Source: Auanema rhodensis (lineage: Eukaryota > Animalia > Nematoda). From it: a DNA stretch of 64,000 nt. Each line of letters starts with the position of its first letter. Within the stretch, counting starts at the first letter, position 1. Where the stretch lies: contig OZ059898.1 in NCBI GenBank assembly GCA_964057225.1, forward strand, positions 15,438,001 through 15,502,000, in the 5' to 3' direction. Of the stretch, positions 27,201 through 41,353 are shown piece by piece. The notes beneath the pieces are model-generated. The model made no database searches. It was given only the letters and a program-made list of their open reading frames with translations, and had not been told where the DNA came from. The position numbers and the translations under genes are program-made.

Positions 27201-28675
27201 CCAGCTGTTCGACCATCTCGAAATCGTAGAAGACCTGAATGGATGGATTTCTTTGTTATTGATGACGAAGGCGAGAAAAAATCAAATACCAGAAAGGTAA
27301 TTTTTTTGTTCATTAATTTATTAATTTTTTAATTTAAGAGAAAAGAAGAATCGTCTAGAACTCCTGAAATTTCTTCGGAGGATTTGAAAATTAAACTCAA
27401 AGTAAGCGACTACAGGAAAAGGAAAATGGAAACCCCGGTGATGGAATCAGCTCTTTCCGAAGATAAGATGAAGCTGAGCATTCGTGTTGCTAGTCCTTTG
27501 AAAAAGTTCGTTACTGTCAGAGATATACTTCGTCTTAACTGTTATAACCTTTAGAAGACCATTCAATACTCAAGAAAAAAATACAAGTCCATCTAATAAG
27601 GATGAGCCTTCATCCAGTTCTCAGCCTACAAATATAAACAATATTAATTATTTTACTCCCAATCATACTTCCATTGAGAGAGAGTAGGAAATGCAACTGT
27701 TTCATTTCTAATAAACATATTAAGATCTTCAACCGGACCAGAATCTGTTTCTAGCCCTGGGAATAGAAGAAAACAAAGCCTGCCAGCGGTCGGAAGCGAC
27801 CCCGACGACGTAGTTCGGGTAAGGAACTAAGATGTGTGTGATATCCATACTGACTATTTTTGTTTTAGGTAATATCCGATAACGGTAAACCAAAAACTCC
27901 TACTGGTGATCTCTCTAGTGTACCTGTTTATTTGTCTCAATCCCAAAAAGAAATTTTTTTTAGCGCACTGCATCCCCAAGGGGTTAATAAAGCTTGAAAT
28001 TCTCTGAAGGCTATTTGTATTTTTTTAGGGATGTGATCGGAAAATAGATCCTACTGTGTTTGGCTCTTCTGAAAGCTTTGGTCCTTATGTATGTAAACAT
28101 TGTGGCTTTGAAGTCCCTAATCTTAAAGTGAGTCCGGGGGAAATTTCAGTATCACACGTTTACCAACGTTTTGTTCAGGAGGGTAGACGGCATATGGTTG
28201 GTCATATAAGAGTTATGAGGTTAAAATGTACACTGTGTGGGGCTGGATCATTCTTTTGCACTGACATGAGATCTCATTTAATGGAAAGATTTTGCCCTGC
28301 ATTAAATAAAGCTCCACCCAATATAGTTAGGAATACAAATCCCTGTATGTCTCGCGCAGATGTGAGTGATTTAACAAGTTCCGCCTGTCCATCTGATAAT
28401 ATTTTAGGCTGATAAGCTTACTGAGGTAGTTGATAAGTCTCACCCTGGTCGAGTAATGTACACGAGTGGTAAAGTGAGTTCCTCCCTCAACATTGCTCAG
28501 ATTAACATTATGAGCTGGTTTTTAGATTGTATCTCAAGCGAACCGTTTTCCATACTTTCCTGATCCTAAGATCGAGGAAGCTATTCTTGGCCGTACTGGT
28601 TCATCATCAAAAACGTCATCGAAACGCCCACTCCCTACTCGGCTAAACAATTTTAACTTTCCTCTATACAAATAA
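24214..28675 (+). CDS. C2H2 zinc-finger protein with a ZNF800-like N-terminus, many exons
   Basis: ECDIILECRYCRNLFRSVPNFLTHKRTYC resembles the recalled ZNF800 N-terminal finger. Further C2H2-like units (FPCLLCKF...HLLKIH; YVCKHC...HMVGH; LKCTLC...HL), an AT-hook-like KRRGRKPK and long acidic/Ser-Pro linkers. The 3' end is less certain. Confidence 0.85.
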
Positions 28676-29171
28676 TGTTTTAGCTTCGGAAATTAAGATA
28701 TCAAAAGGCACACACACAGTCATCTTTCAACATTCCGATCGTGTTTTTGCTTGTTTTCTGGTAATTGATATCTTTTTTTTTGAATTCACATTCTATTACT
28801 CGACCTCTTCTCACCTTTCAGAAAGTTTAATAGCTTCTGTCCGAAGGCTTTTGAATTTTGATACAGATTTGTAAACTTACGTTCTTACTCATTTACATTT
28901 GCACGTCCAACTTCATTACATGATTCAACCATTAACCGTCGTATTGCTTCAATTGTCACAGTTGTTTCGTTTAAGGCAACTAAATAACTTTCTTCTCAGT
29001 GTATATTGGTAATTTGTTGATGTTCAATATTCTTCATGCTGTTTTTTCAGATTTCATAAAGATTTTTCTATAATTTTCATTCTTCTTCACAGTAATGTTA
29101 TCCTCTTCGTATAATATCTAATTCACACTTTTTTTGATAATAAAAAGGTTGTAAAGAGAATCGTACCTAGA

Positions 29172-30748
29172 ATGTTCTCCTCAAGTACGCAGCGTAGTGA
29201 ATGGACTTTTGGACAGGAAGAAATAGCTGAGAAAAGATTACAGGTGTGAAAAGAACATTGAATGATTTATACGAAAAATTATATAGGTTAATGTGGTATA
29301 TCGCGAGAAATACAAAGAATATGTTGTTGCCGAGGAAGAAGCTTTGTTTTTATCTCCCGAAGAAGAACTTCTTTTAGTACATTTCATTGAAAAAGCTGCT
29401 ATCAAGTTCGTTCATTTACGATGGCGAGAACAACTGCTTTAATTTTTTCCTGAAAAACTTTAGGATATTGCAAAGCGCTCACACGTTCTTCTTTTAAACT
29501 TAATTATAATATATATTAAAAAGTTTTACAATTTAGATTCAGTCAAAGTTTTGAGCCTCTTATGTGGCCGTCTGTACGATGGACCGCATACACTTACTTC
29601 AAACGTTTATTTTTGGGATGGTCTGTTATGGATTATAGTCCTAAGGTTCAGCAAGTTTCAAAGTACATGTGAAAGTATAATAATGTTTCAGATAGTTATG
29701 ATGGCATGCTTTTATTTAGCTATGAAAATTGATGAATTTTATGTATCAGTTGATGAGTTTGTTTCCAATTTGAGTACGGGTACTGTTGATCAGAATACTG
29801 CTCGTATTCTTGGATTAGAACCTGAAGTAATCAGAGCTCTCAACTATCAACTGACTGTCCATTGTCCATTCCGGTGAGCCTCCCATACATGCACTACAAT
29901 GACATACGTATTTAGCCCATTTGAGGGACATCTATTGGAAATGAAAACTAGAATGTTACTATTGAACTTCGATTTAGAGATGTTGAGAAGACCTGCTGAG
30001 GAATTTTTTGAGGTTTCTTTTGCTATTGGTAGATAATCAACTTGGTCATAAAACTACATTTAAGATGTGTCTTCTATGTGACGTAATGCTGATGTATCCC
30101 CCCTCACAAATTGCTATGGCTGCCATAAAGTATGGTCTTGGTTGGCTAGGTACGTCGACTTCACCGATTCTATGCAATAGGTTTTTAGCCTAACAATCTT
30201 CATATCGTTGTTTTGCTCTGTTTAGCAAAGTTTGTAATTAGTTCTAGAAATGATATATAGAGTCTAAACAAGGCAATAATCATTGGGCTTTATTGGTGTT
30301 TTCAATCTTAAACTCTGGTAAAATGGAAATACAACTAATTTCAGATAAATCATCGGATGTTTTACGGGAGTTTGCCATGAAAATTATTGCTGGTGAAGAT
30401 ACAGTGAGGCATGACCAGTTCGAAATAGTAGAAGCTGCTGATAAACTTATGCTGAAGTCTTCTAATAATTCTTAGCTTTTCAACTTAAATGTTTTTGTTT
30501 AGGCTCGAGGAGATTATCCAACATGTTCTTTCAAACAAGCCTAACATTTCGCCAGAACAACAGGCTAACCTCCAAGTTAGTATACTTACCAATTCTTGTT
30601 ATTACCTTTTTTTATCAGCTTGTTCATTTCGTTTTTGCAGAAGCGCTCTGAAGCATGTGCAGGCTTACATTCCACTTTGGAAAAACGCAGACAGATGAAA
30701 ACAGGAGAAAAGAAAAGAGAAGACCCTGTTGACTCTGATGATGAATGA
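29172..30748 (+). CDS. cyh-1: Cyclin H
   Basis: MFSSSTQRSEWTF, LSPEEE, YFKRLFL, ACFYLAMKIDEFYVS, LNYQLTVHCPFRPFEG, YPPSQIAMAA and a DSDDE* end. Confidence 0.95.
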
Positions 30749-33700
30749 AGTACCCAGTGAGCGTAGCTCCATTAATCCGGAGTCTTTCCTTTCATACGTG
30801 TTAATGACAAGAGTTCATTGAGTTTTCTTGTTGTATTTTTGGTCTTAAATCGCTCTTCGTTTTTTTTTTTGGAAATAATACGACGGACATGCTTTATTTT
30901 TTTAAATATTACGAATGAAAGTCACTTTCTTTGAATAAAAAGGCATGTAAACTCGAAAATAGGTCTTTATGTGGTTTTGGGTAATAAGCAAATGTTAAAG
31001 TTCTGGGATTGTGTAGAAATGGCATTCTACCTCAATCTACGTTCTTCCCTTCTATTCGTCTTAGCCGATTACAAGTTTGCCATTTTGTCATCGAAGTTTG
31101 AACCGAAGTGGTGATCATGATCAGATGTCTCCCCATCTATTCACCAACTCTCATCAAGCCCACGTTGTCTCATCGTGCAGTGTTCAGCTCAAATGCCCAC
31201 ACCCTCGAGTCCTTGATGAAATTGAAGTTGTGGTAAGAGGAAGAGAGAAAGTGGAATTATCCTTTCCTGTTTCGCTTCGACAGAAGAATATATGGCAAGT
31301 AAGATATACAAGCTTTTGACTTAGAGCGAAAGGTTAGCCAGTTAAGAGTTTAATGTCGTGCATTTTCTTTGTCGACTAGATGTTACTCATAAAACATCGA
31401 TTGTCATTTTGAAATTACTTGTTCAAACGCTTCACATTTCTTGATGAATCCTCAATGCTATATATGGCTTAATGCCGGCTCACCCCAGCCGAAATAACTT
31501 CAGCTAATAGCTGACACGAATGAGAGGTTTGAAGTCTAAAGCTTTATCCTCCATTTCCTTCATTTTCCAAACTTCTTCAAGTAATAAACTCATAGCTGAA
31601 ACATGTATTACATCCAGTCAATACATATGGCATAACACGCCCCCTCCCCGTAAAACTGCTGATTTATTGAAATTTCGCGGGAGCAGTGAGCTAGTAAATG
31701 AACATTTGTACTTTGATTAAGGTTTATATAAATAAAATTATATGTTCTTATAAAAATAAAGTTATAAGTCGGCTTTTCCTTTACTTTGCTTCCAGCCGTT
31801 TTTTCTTATTCTAGATTATATCGCGCATTCATCTGCTCTATGTATTTCAGTTGTATAACAGGATATATGAATTTAATTGAACTCAAAGACCTTCATCCCA
31901 AAGATTGACCCTACATATGTGCTGGTTAGGATATTTCCAGACTAGAAAAATATTTTTTTTTTAAAGATTTAGTGTCATTATTTCATTTTTTTTGCTAAAA
32001 TATTGTAAGCTAAAAGTTTTATTGTTTTCTCGTCATATTCATAGGTTTTGTTCCAATGGTTGAAAAGTTAATGAGCCCTCCGAACTATAAAACTACTTTT
32101 TATTTTTTCCTTCTTCCTCAATGCTGCTTTTTATTACCAACCCTAATAATAATTATTTTTTAAATTAGAATTTGAATAATTAACTCGAAATAATCGCCCA
32201 TCTCAGCTAAATACTCACATAATGATCTTGCTCGCTGGTTGAAATAACAAAATTCGATAAAAATATGAAAATGGTGTTGTAAATAATGGAATATTTATCC
32301 CCCCACCCATATAGTAATGCATATAGTCAACGTTTTCTTAACTTCTCAGTCTATACTGTTCTGCAGAGCAATGCTCTAAAACCATTTAGGTGATTAGCAT
32401 TACTCATATAGTATAGTTAATCATTATATTTCAGTTAGAGTATGTTTGTTGATTTTATAAAATTAAGAAAGATCAATTACTAAGTTCAATGATTATTTTA
32501 ATTTTTCGTCTTGTTTGTTTGTTATAATTCATCCATATTAGCTCATAAACAAGCTGTAGATGATGTTTTGATAACATATTGTATCTAAGTAAGTCTGTTT
32601 TACGTATTCCACTTGCTAGCTATGCTTAAGCCTACTTTTACTGAATTTTCTCAATTTCATCTTATAACATCTATTGTTAAGTCATCTCATATTCTTTTCT
32701 GTATCATCGGTTCAATTATTTTCCAAAATATTCTATCTAGAGTTGTTTAAATTATGAAAATTAGAATATTACTCCAACACAATTATAACTGACGTACTTC
32801 ATTTTCAGTCAAAAATAAAGTACAGAGCGGTTGGTTTGTGATTTAATTAGAATTAATATTTATTTATGGATTTTTTTGTTAATGAATGAAAGAGGAAGAC
32901 AGGCTCTGCCGTTCCTGAGTGAGTATTTTTCCGTAGGTTATGCTGTTTTCCACTCCTACACCATTTCAATGCCATTTTCCCCCCAAAATTCACACCAATA
33001 ACTGCTTTAACTGGCTAAGCTGGTTTCAAAAAATATTTTGAGATGTTTTTGATTCATTTTAGTATTATTATCATGTGAGAAGAAATACCCTCTGAAACTA
33101 GTTGAGTAGCATCTCTTTTCCTTTTTTTTTCGTTTTTTTTGGTTAAATGGAGAAAAGATGCGCTTTCTTGTTATATACGTCTTAAGAGATAAAGTTATTG
33201 CACTTTGAAACCCGTTAACTAAATTTCAAAATGTAATTTAGCCATCATGTATGTACAGACTGATTTAGAGAATTGTTCAAAGAAGATGCTTAATATACAG
33301 TCATATACTGATTGCTTAAGAAGTTATTCCTTGGAATTCAAAATGCTTTTTATAGTAAGTGCACATGTAGCTGTATCTTAAACTTGTATCTTAACAACTT
33401 GTTGATTACTATTTTGAAATCGACGTTGAGTGAATTAGATTAGTAATTTGTCTTCAAAAAAGTTAAAATAATTTTTATGTGCTTATGAGAGAAATAGACT
33501 TAGTGTTAGTGAAGATGAACTTTTCTTTTCTCATAATCCTTCGAAACTTCTTATTTTAGTTGTTAAATGCTACATCTGTCGATTTGTCTGTTTATAATTA
33601 GCTTCTATGCCGACAAGACATCGCGGATCTAGCAGATACGACAACACAGCCTAATGCTTCTGACGTTTTATTTTCCAATCGACGTCACATCTTCTTTCAT

Positions 33701-36700
33701 TTTGATCTTGGTTCAAAAGAAGTTCATGCTTCAACTCATCTAAAATTCAAGGGGGATGTAATATAAAAATGGTAATTCACAGAGCTTAAGACTTTAACGA
33801 AACTATGAATAAATTTATAATTAGTATAGATTTTATCTTAACACAGCATATTCGAATTATTTTTATAGTTTTTCATCAAACTATCACTTGTTTCCAAGTA
33901 TCATGTTTAACCATAGCTGTAGCCATTATTGTTTGTCTTCAGTGGGTTTCAAGAAAAAAAAAAGAATAAAAAGAATAGAAAAAAAGAAAGAACATTCAAC
34001 TATAATATATCTTACTACCATTACAGATTGAATGGATTTTATGTTTTGAATCTTGTTATACCTACGGTTCGCTGTTCGTGTAACAGCTATACTAAGCTAA
34101 TGGCAGGACATTGTCTTCTCATCTGTTCATTAGAACATCAATCGCATTTTATTTCTTCTAGCCAGCAGCCGACAACTCCTCGAATATTGAAACCAAAACT
34201 TTTTTTTTCTCTGTGTCATCAACTACTTTCTTGTACTTCTGTTTCTTCTTTTTTTTGCTTGCTCTTCAGAATTCCTAATTCGCTTTCTCTCCACCTCCTC
34301 TTCAGAGCTCACATGCTTATATATAGCGAAGTCGTGCTTCCTCATCCGTCTGTTTTCTGATTAGCCTTCTGTCCGTATTCAATTCATTTTACCGCGTGAT
34401 ATTTCAACAGGAACAAGCATTTAACTGATTTGAATCGCTACCATTACTTTCATCTTTTCATCTTTCATTTGTTGCTCTCCTGCTTTTCAACACATTGGTG
34501 GAGGTCGTATTGGCTCATCATCACTAATTCGATTGGTATCAATTTGAGATAAGTACACCATAAAAAGGATATGTTCATTCGTTCAAGCTCCATCATCATC
34601 TTTCTTAGCGATTTTTCCTCTCATCATTCTTTCATTGTTTTTTCCGTTTCGTCTCAGATGAACACTGTTTATTACATTCTGTTATCCTTTGTTGAGATTG
34701 GTCATCCAAACAAAATGGAAAATTAATGTTTAATTCTTGAATCTTTCCAGATTCCAGAAGTACAATGCTGTACTAGCATGCTCGAACCTTATACGGCTTG
34801 TTTATAACTTTTTTTTAATACTCAAGTTCTAACTAAAAAACATGTAAGTCAGCTAGACTGATCATCAGTCTGGCTGCTATAGCCGCACGATTGTAGAAAC
34901 TCTCCAGCAAGCTCTGACTATCGGAATCGTGTGATCTTTTGGTTAGAACAACACGAAGAAGATATTAGATTAATAACGATAAACCTGATAGCCGACAGCC
35001 GTCCGATTTATCAGCCTGATACTGGCAGTCAATTTGAAAAACAACAAAAATCAACATGTATATGTTATGCTTCTCCAATATTGTGCATATGCACATGATC
35101 GTTGCAATTCTATCATTCAGTTGCAGCTTATTATTATTTTCTTTGTCACCAACTTATTTTTCTCTGCTTGGTGAGGAAAAACACACTTGACATCTGACCT
35201 ATACAGCTTATCAAACTGATTTTTAAACCTTCACCTTACACTTTCTGACACTAGAAAATCTGTCGAAAACTGAGAGAAAGCATTTTTCTGATTGATATCA
35301 CCTTGCATAGTATCTATATTCTATAACTATTTTTCACACAATCACATTCATTTTTTGAAGGAAAAAGGCTCAAAATGAGAAAAGAATAATATTTTTCATT
35401 GAATCATACTTGTAGATGAGGAAGTTGATCGTTTACTATTCACATACTATGTATTTTCCATCCACTTGTTTCACATCAGTTGTCTCGACCTTTTCCCTCA
35501 CTTTCCTCTTTGAAAGCTTATTTTCAATACAATTCTCTCACTTTACTCTCTATCTTCTTTATATGTGTTCTACACATATGTTGATGCTTCAAATAAGTTT
35601 TTTATATAAATTTATGATGATCACGTCGATGATGAGAAGAATGTGTTTGTAAACGAAAAGACAGCGAATAACTTCAGAAGAACTTTCCGTCTCTCTCTTT
35701 CCTCCGGTTCTTCCTTCCCGGTATTATAGTCCAGAAGACAAAAAGGAGACTAAAACTTTTAAAATGACATGAACTCCATGTGTATCTCGTTATTTACGTT
35801 CATTGTATCTTAAGGATCTTCTCAGTATTCGCTTTTTCTTTGTGCTCAAGACTATTTAGTTCTTTACAACATATTCTTTTCTTTCAGCAAATCACAAGGC
35901 ATCCCCTATTCCTCATTCTGATATATGCATTATCTTGTTTCTTCATCTATTTTCTTTGATTTTCTTATTTTTTTTGAAAAAAAAAAAATTCTTCTATGCA
36001 TTCTTCATGTTGCTAAATATCTCTTATTCTCTCCTTTTGCACATCTTCCTATTATTTCTTCTTTGAGCTTATATTCTGTATGAATGTTTAGATGGCTGAC
36101 AGCGAAGAAAGATTCATTGTAGCCCTAAGATCGTTTTACAGATGTTCTCATATTCAGGATGCTTTATGCTTCATGTTATGTCATGTATTAAATCCATCTA
36201 TGTGTATGTTGTTCCATGTTCCACCATCTTCATCATCATGCTACTATAAAGAGTAGATTTATCTGATTAGTCACCTGAAATTCCCATAATCCAATATACA
36301 AATAAGAAATAAATTCAATTTTTGACTGTTTTTTCCAACGTCTTATCTTTCAATTTCATTGCTCATCGAACATTTAAACCCACATTGTTTCCCTGGAAGG
36401 CTTTTCTTAGTTCAATGTCATGAAGTTCAACAACCTTCTTAAGAAATTCTTCCTTCATCCTACAAAGCTTTGACTTCTCACATAAAGATTAGCAAGCATG
36501 TACATATGTTCAATTAGTTAATACAGTTGACATTCAAATTGATTGTTTTGGAAGAAAAAGTTTGAACACAAAACAGATAAAGGTTATTTCTAATTTGCAT
36601 ATGTCGTTTTCCGTCCTAATTAAAATTTACGTGAAAAATCAACTGGCAACGTGATGCGCACTTTCATTTCTACCGAGAGTACTACTACAGAGCAAATGCA

Positions 36701-36706
36701 TTCTCA

Positions 36707-36710
<4 letters not shown>

Positions 36711-36739
<29 letters not shown>
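36711..36739 (+). repeat. (CT)n microsatellite
   Basis: Perfect CT run, followed by a degenerate C/T tract at about 36880-36950. Confidence 0.9.
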
Positions 36740-36747
<8 letters not shown>

Positions 36748-38029
36748 CATTTTCCTCTCACTTTTTCAACCTTATACTCTCTTGTCATTAATTCTTTTTT
36801 CTCTAACTTCTCTTTTTTAGATTTATCTTTTTCTCACATCCTATTCGCTTCATTTCTTATATCTTATTTCTCAGTTCTCTTTCCCTCTCTCCCTCTCTCC
36901 ATCTTTCTCTCTCCCTCCCTCTCTCTCTCTTCCTCCCTCTCTCTCCCTTTTTATAATATCTCTCATTCTCTTTTTAAGTATATGTTCATCGCTTGTGCAA
37001 AGCCCTTCAGCCACGTAATGCTTCATTATGTTAATCCAGGAGAGTGTCCGCTGGACCGATCCGAATAGCGGATGCTACATATGCCAACACCAGAGCTTCA
37101 CGACTGGACCATCAATTTCGTCCTTCTCCATTCGAACATTAGATGTGTTTCCACATTTCTGTACACAGTTGTGTATTTTGTAGAACAAAAACTAAAAAAT
37201 ATAGAGTTGAGATCAGAACTGGAAGAAAGAAAATGAGAATTCGAACAAGGAAGCAAAAGGTAGGATCACAGATATATAGAAGGTGTTGTGTGATGGGAGG
37301 AGGAGAGAATGAATGAAGTTGTCGCAAGAATCAGCAACTATCTATTCCATCGTTCTATAACTTTTCAGCTGAGACTAAAGAATCGGATCCATTGTTTGAG
37401 GAAGCAGATTCTATTCAGAAGACTTGTGAATCTTCGACCAGGGGCAAATATTAATATTCTGCTCACACTAATTTATTGACAGCTTCATCTCCAACACATG
37501 CAATATCTATATAAGTATTTCCTCTTCAAGCGCTTCCTCCATATTCCATTTCTCCGTCTGTCTTATTCATACCTTTTCTTCTCAGTTTTCCGGTTCTCTC
37601 CTTTCTTGAGCATGATGCCTCAAGCATACATCGCACTCTTGCACATCATCTTAACCAACATGCTTTCCGTTCCATCGGTCTGAAGCTGCAGCTGTCATCA
37701 TCAATGACCGAGATCCATTAACAGTTTCTCAACGTTGACCATTTGTTCAGTTTTTTATTTTCTTCCGGCAATGTCAGCAGAAATTTATTTGAATAGCTTT
37801 TCTCCTTTTCACTTTTTCTTTCATTTTGACTCAATCTTCTGACAATTTCTGAAGATAAACAACATGAAACTTACCTGTTTTTTCATTACATTCTTCCCTA
37901 TTTCTCTTTTTCTTCAGAATTTATTTCAGCTTCCCGACAACGTTTATATCCCAGAATTCAAACTTTTTGTTCTTCAAATTCTCTCTTCATTTCTTCAGCA
38001 AGGTCTCGATCTCCTTCTTTCCATCACTT

Positions 38030-38030
<1 letters not shown>

Positions 38031-38078
<48 letters not shown>
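38031..38078 (+). repeat. (CT)n microsatellite
   Basis: Seen directly. Confidence 0.9.
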
Positions 38079-39504
38079 TAACCTCGTTCCCCTCTCTCTA
38101 CTATTCATTACTTTTCAATTGCTCTCTCATTTTCTTTATCTGTCAACTGTTATTTCAGTTCAACAATACAGCATATTGAGAATAATTCGTATACATTTTT
38201 CGAAATCAAGATGCTAAAGTCACTGAAACTGTTATTGAAATACCCGTCGTCCAAAAAAGAACTTTTTCTTAGATCCCCGTTGTTTTCAAACTAATCTTCT
38301 AATTATGAAAAACTTATATATGCAACTTTACATCTAAGCCTTATAATAAATAAAATTTGAAAAAAATAATAGTTTTAGATCATTTAAAGGACTGTTTATT
38401 CTTTTTTTTGTTTATGTATATTCATAGTCTACATCTAAGTTTTGTCTCTTTCTAACGAATATACATTCAAAATCTATTCCATTTGTATAAATATTAAAAG
38501 AAAATATTTTAAACTTGTCTTTCTTGTCTTTCTACATACATTCGTACATCGACAAACTTTTCATTTTGTTTTAGTATTATGTTATTCTATTGGGATAATA
38601 GCCTCAAGCGTTCTTCTGAAATTGAAGAAAAATTGTGGATATTTCAATGATTAGTCGTCCTCGTCTTCGTCATCGTTCTTCATTCCATCTGAAATTGACT
38701 TTTCTCTTCTCAAACATCAGTAGAGACAGAATTAACTTTTGATTATTCTCATCTAATTTTCTTAGTAGAATTGAAATTACTTAAGACTTTAGAACACTTT
38801 TGTCATCATTCATATAACATCAGGTCATTTCAATCTAAATGATGATGATAATGAGAATACTGGCTCATCTAGTTTAGATGATAATGCTTGTATAAGCATT
38901 TTATCTGATTATTTACGTTCATTTAATATAATTTTTCTTTATTATAGTTAGTTATTCAATAAATATATTGATGTAATTGCTATATAAGCATAATCACAAC
39001 AACAACCATGATTATACATGTAGATTGAGATTGAAAACGAGGAAAGTCACAGCAATAAGAGAGGAAAGATCTGATGATGATCAGAATTATAATGATGATG
39101 ATGTCGCATAAGACAATAATGGCGAAACAAGACAAACGTCGACTTTGATAGAAGAGAATGAAAGTTCATTCAAGTTGTTTTCGGTCTCTGTAGAACAACG
39201 AATTGACATCCCGAATTCTGATCTATCTTGCCAGTTGGCTTTAGCTTCGACGCCACGAAATCCATCTGTCAATTTCAGCGCAACAGCCGAGAGTCTTCTC
39301 TCATGGATAAGCACGATCTACACATCTGATTTCTCAGACTCATTATTCCAAATTACAGCCTTTTTTTCGTTTATTTCGTTTTCATTTGACGCCAATATTT
39401 GTTTTCTTTTCAAAGTTTGTTCTTAGTTCTTCCTCTTGTTCACATCTATGTTTGGTCTTTCCTTCCGTCTATGTTTTGCCCTTTCTTGGCCATTGTTTTT
39501 TCTT

Positions 39505-39543
<39 letters not shown>
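39505..39543 (+). repeat. (TC)n microsatellite
   Basis: Seen directly, with one interruption. Confidence 0.9.
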
Positions 39544-39546
<3 letters not shown>

Positions 39547-40949
39547 ATTTTCTATATATATTATATTAAAATTATTTAGTTTTAACATATTTTATTTTCA
39601 TATATAAATATTCAAAATATACATATTCCTATTGGCATAACTTTCATTTTAATTTTTTAAAACAACACAGATAATCATTCATCATTTCTATTATCATCAC
39701 ATAATCCCACTCATTCTATTTTAATTTTTAATTCTTTTTTTCTTTTCTTACAAAAACTTTTTAATAGAATGATTTGAGGTAGATTTGCACTATCATTCAC
39801 TCAATATACACATCGTCATCATTCATATGATTCATGATGATATCTGATTCTTTCAAACTTATCCATTTCGTTATGTTTAAACTATAGGTTGATGATGAAG
39901 AAGAAGATACTTCTTCATCGTTCTTCATCATTATCATCGAAATTTCTTTTTTTTTTCATCAAAAAACAATGAGAAAACATTTGATAAACAGAAAAATAAT
40001 ATCTTAAACAGTATTATATGTTATATATTATATGTTATATAGTTAATTTTTTACTTTTAATTTCATTTTTCATGATTTATTGCTTAACAACTTATCAAAT
40101 TTCAACTTGATCATGTAGTAATGAAGAAAAAAATGATCTTTCAAGAAATATTTGTACTTTATACTGCAGTACAAGCTATATGTATCATTCGACTTCCCCC
40201 AATAAAGCTTCCTTTTATCTCTCAAACATCATCAAACCAGACATATTTAACCTTTTTTTTTGTTTTTCAATGTATAAAAATGTTTCTCTCTCTCTCTATC
40301 TCTCTCCCCCTTCCCCTCTCTCTATCTCTTCCTCTCTTTTACTATTCTTTACTTAATATTTGAAGTATTCATAACGTTTGAGACAAATATAACCAAAAAA
40401 AAAGATGAAAGAATAACATAACTCAAATTATACATATAAATATTCTTTATTTCATCTTTTTTTCATATAATATATATTATTTTTATTCATTTTAACAGCT
40501 GATTATAGATTCCAGCTTTTAGCCTTCTATTTCTTTCTATTATAATCATTTTCTCTGAAATTTTGACGATACTTCTGGCTGTATTTCCGAACAATCTGTT
40601 CCGACGTCATAAAATTATATACAATAAATAAATATTTTGTGGCTCAAATATAACACAAAAATTTTTTCTTCATAAGTTGTATTTCATGATTTTTTTCTGA
40701 TATTTAGATAAAAGAGCAGCATTTTTCTACACTAGAGCTTAGCCTTTGTATTCGTCAACCTTTTTGAAGAATACGGCTTAAATCATGCTATGACGACAAA
40801 TCTGGTATAGCATAGAAGATGAAAATTGAAAGATTAAGATGCTCAAATCTTACTAATTAGTTACACGAATAGGCTGTTTTGGTATTGTTTCAAGTCTCCT
40901 TTTTCAATTTATCTTAGTCGTGTTCACTATCTTTTAATTTTCATTTGTT

Positions 40950-40952
<3 letters not shown>

Positions 40953-41006
<54 letters not shown>

Positions 41007-41048
41007 TGCTTCTCACTCTCTTCTCTCTCTCTCACTTTTCTCTCTAAC
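40953..41048 (+). repeat. (TC)n microsatellite and pyrimidine tract upstream of ncs-3
   Basis: Seen directly. Confidence 0.9.
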
Positions 41049-41353
41049 TCCTTTGTTTTTTTTCTTCCTATCACTCTCCTTTCTGCTATCACTATTTCTC
41101 TCGCTTCTTTGCAAGCTTCAAGCATATATTTTAAATAGCATTTACTATCTTTTCATGTTATGCTTCAATGACCATTCAATTTCTTTTCTTAAAAATCATT
41201 TTGTCGTTCACTATTTTTGAGTTTAAATGATTTTTAACATCATTATAACAATGAATATATTATGTTTCTTCTGTTAACATTATGATAATTATATGATAAT
41301 TTATATTTTTATAATTCAGAAATAGAAAAAACAGCCTAAGAAGACGATACAGA

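Noticed and set aside
31077-31319. ORFs and a gtaag donor downstream of cyclin H
   Set aside because: No recognisable protein motif and no convincing downstream exon.
38838-38909. ATGATGA...CTGA resembling a C/D snoRNA
   Set aside because: It lies in ATG/GAT low-complexity DNA and I could not recognise an rRNA-complementary guide.
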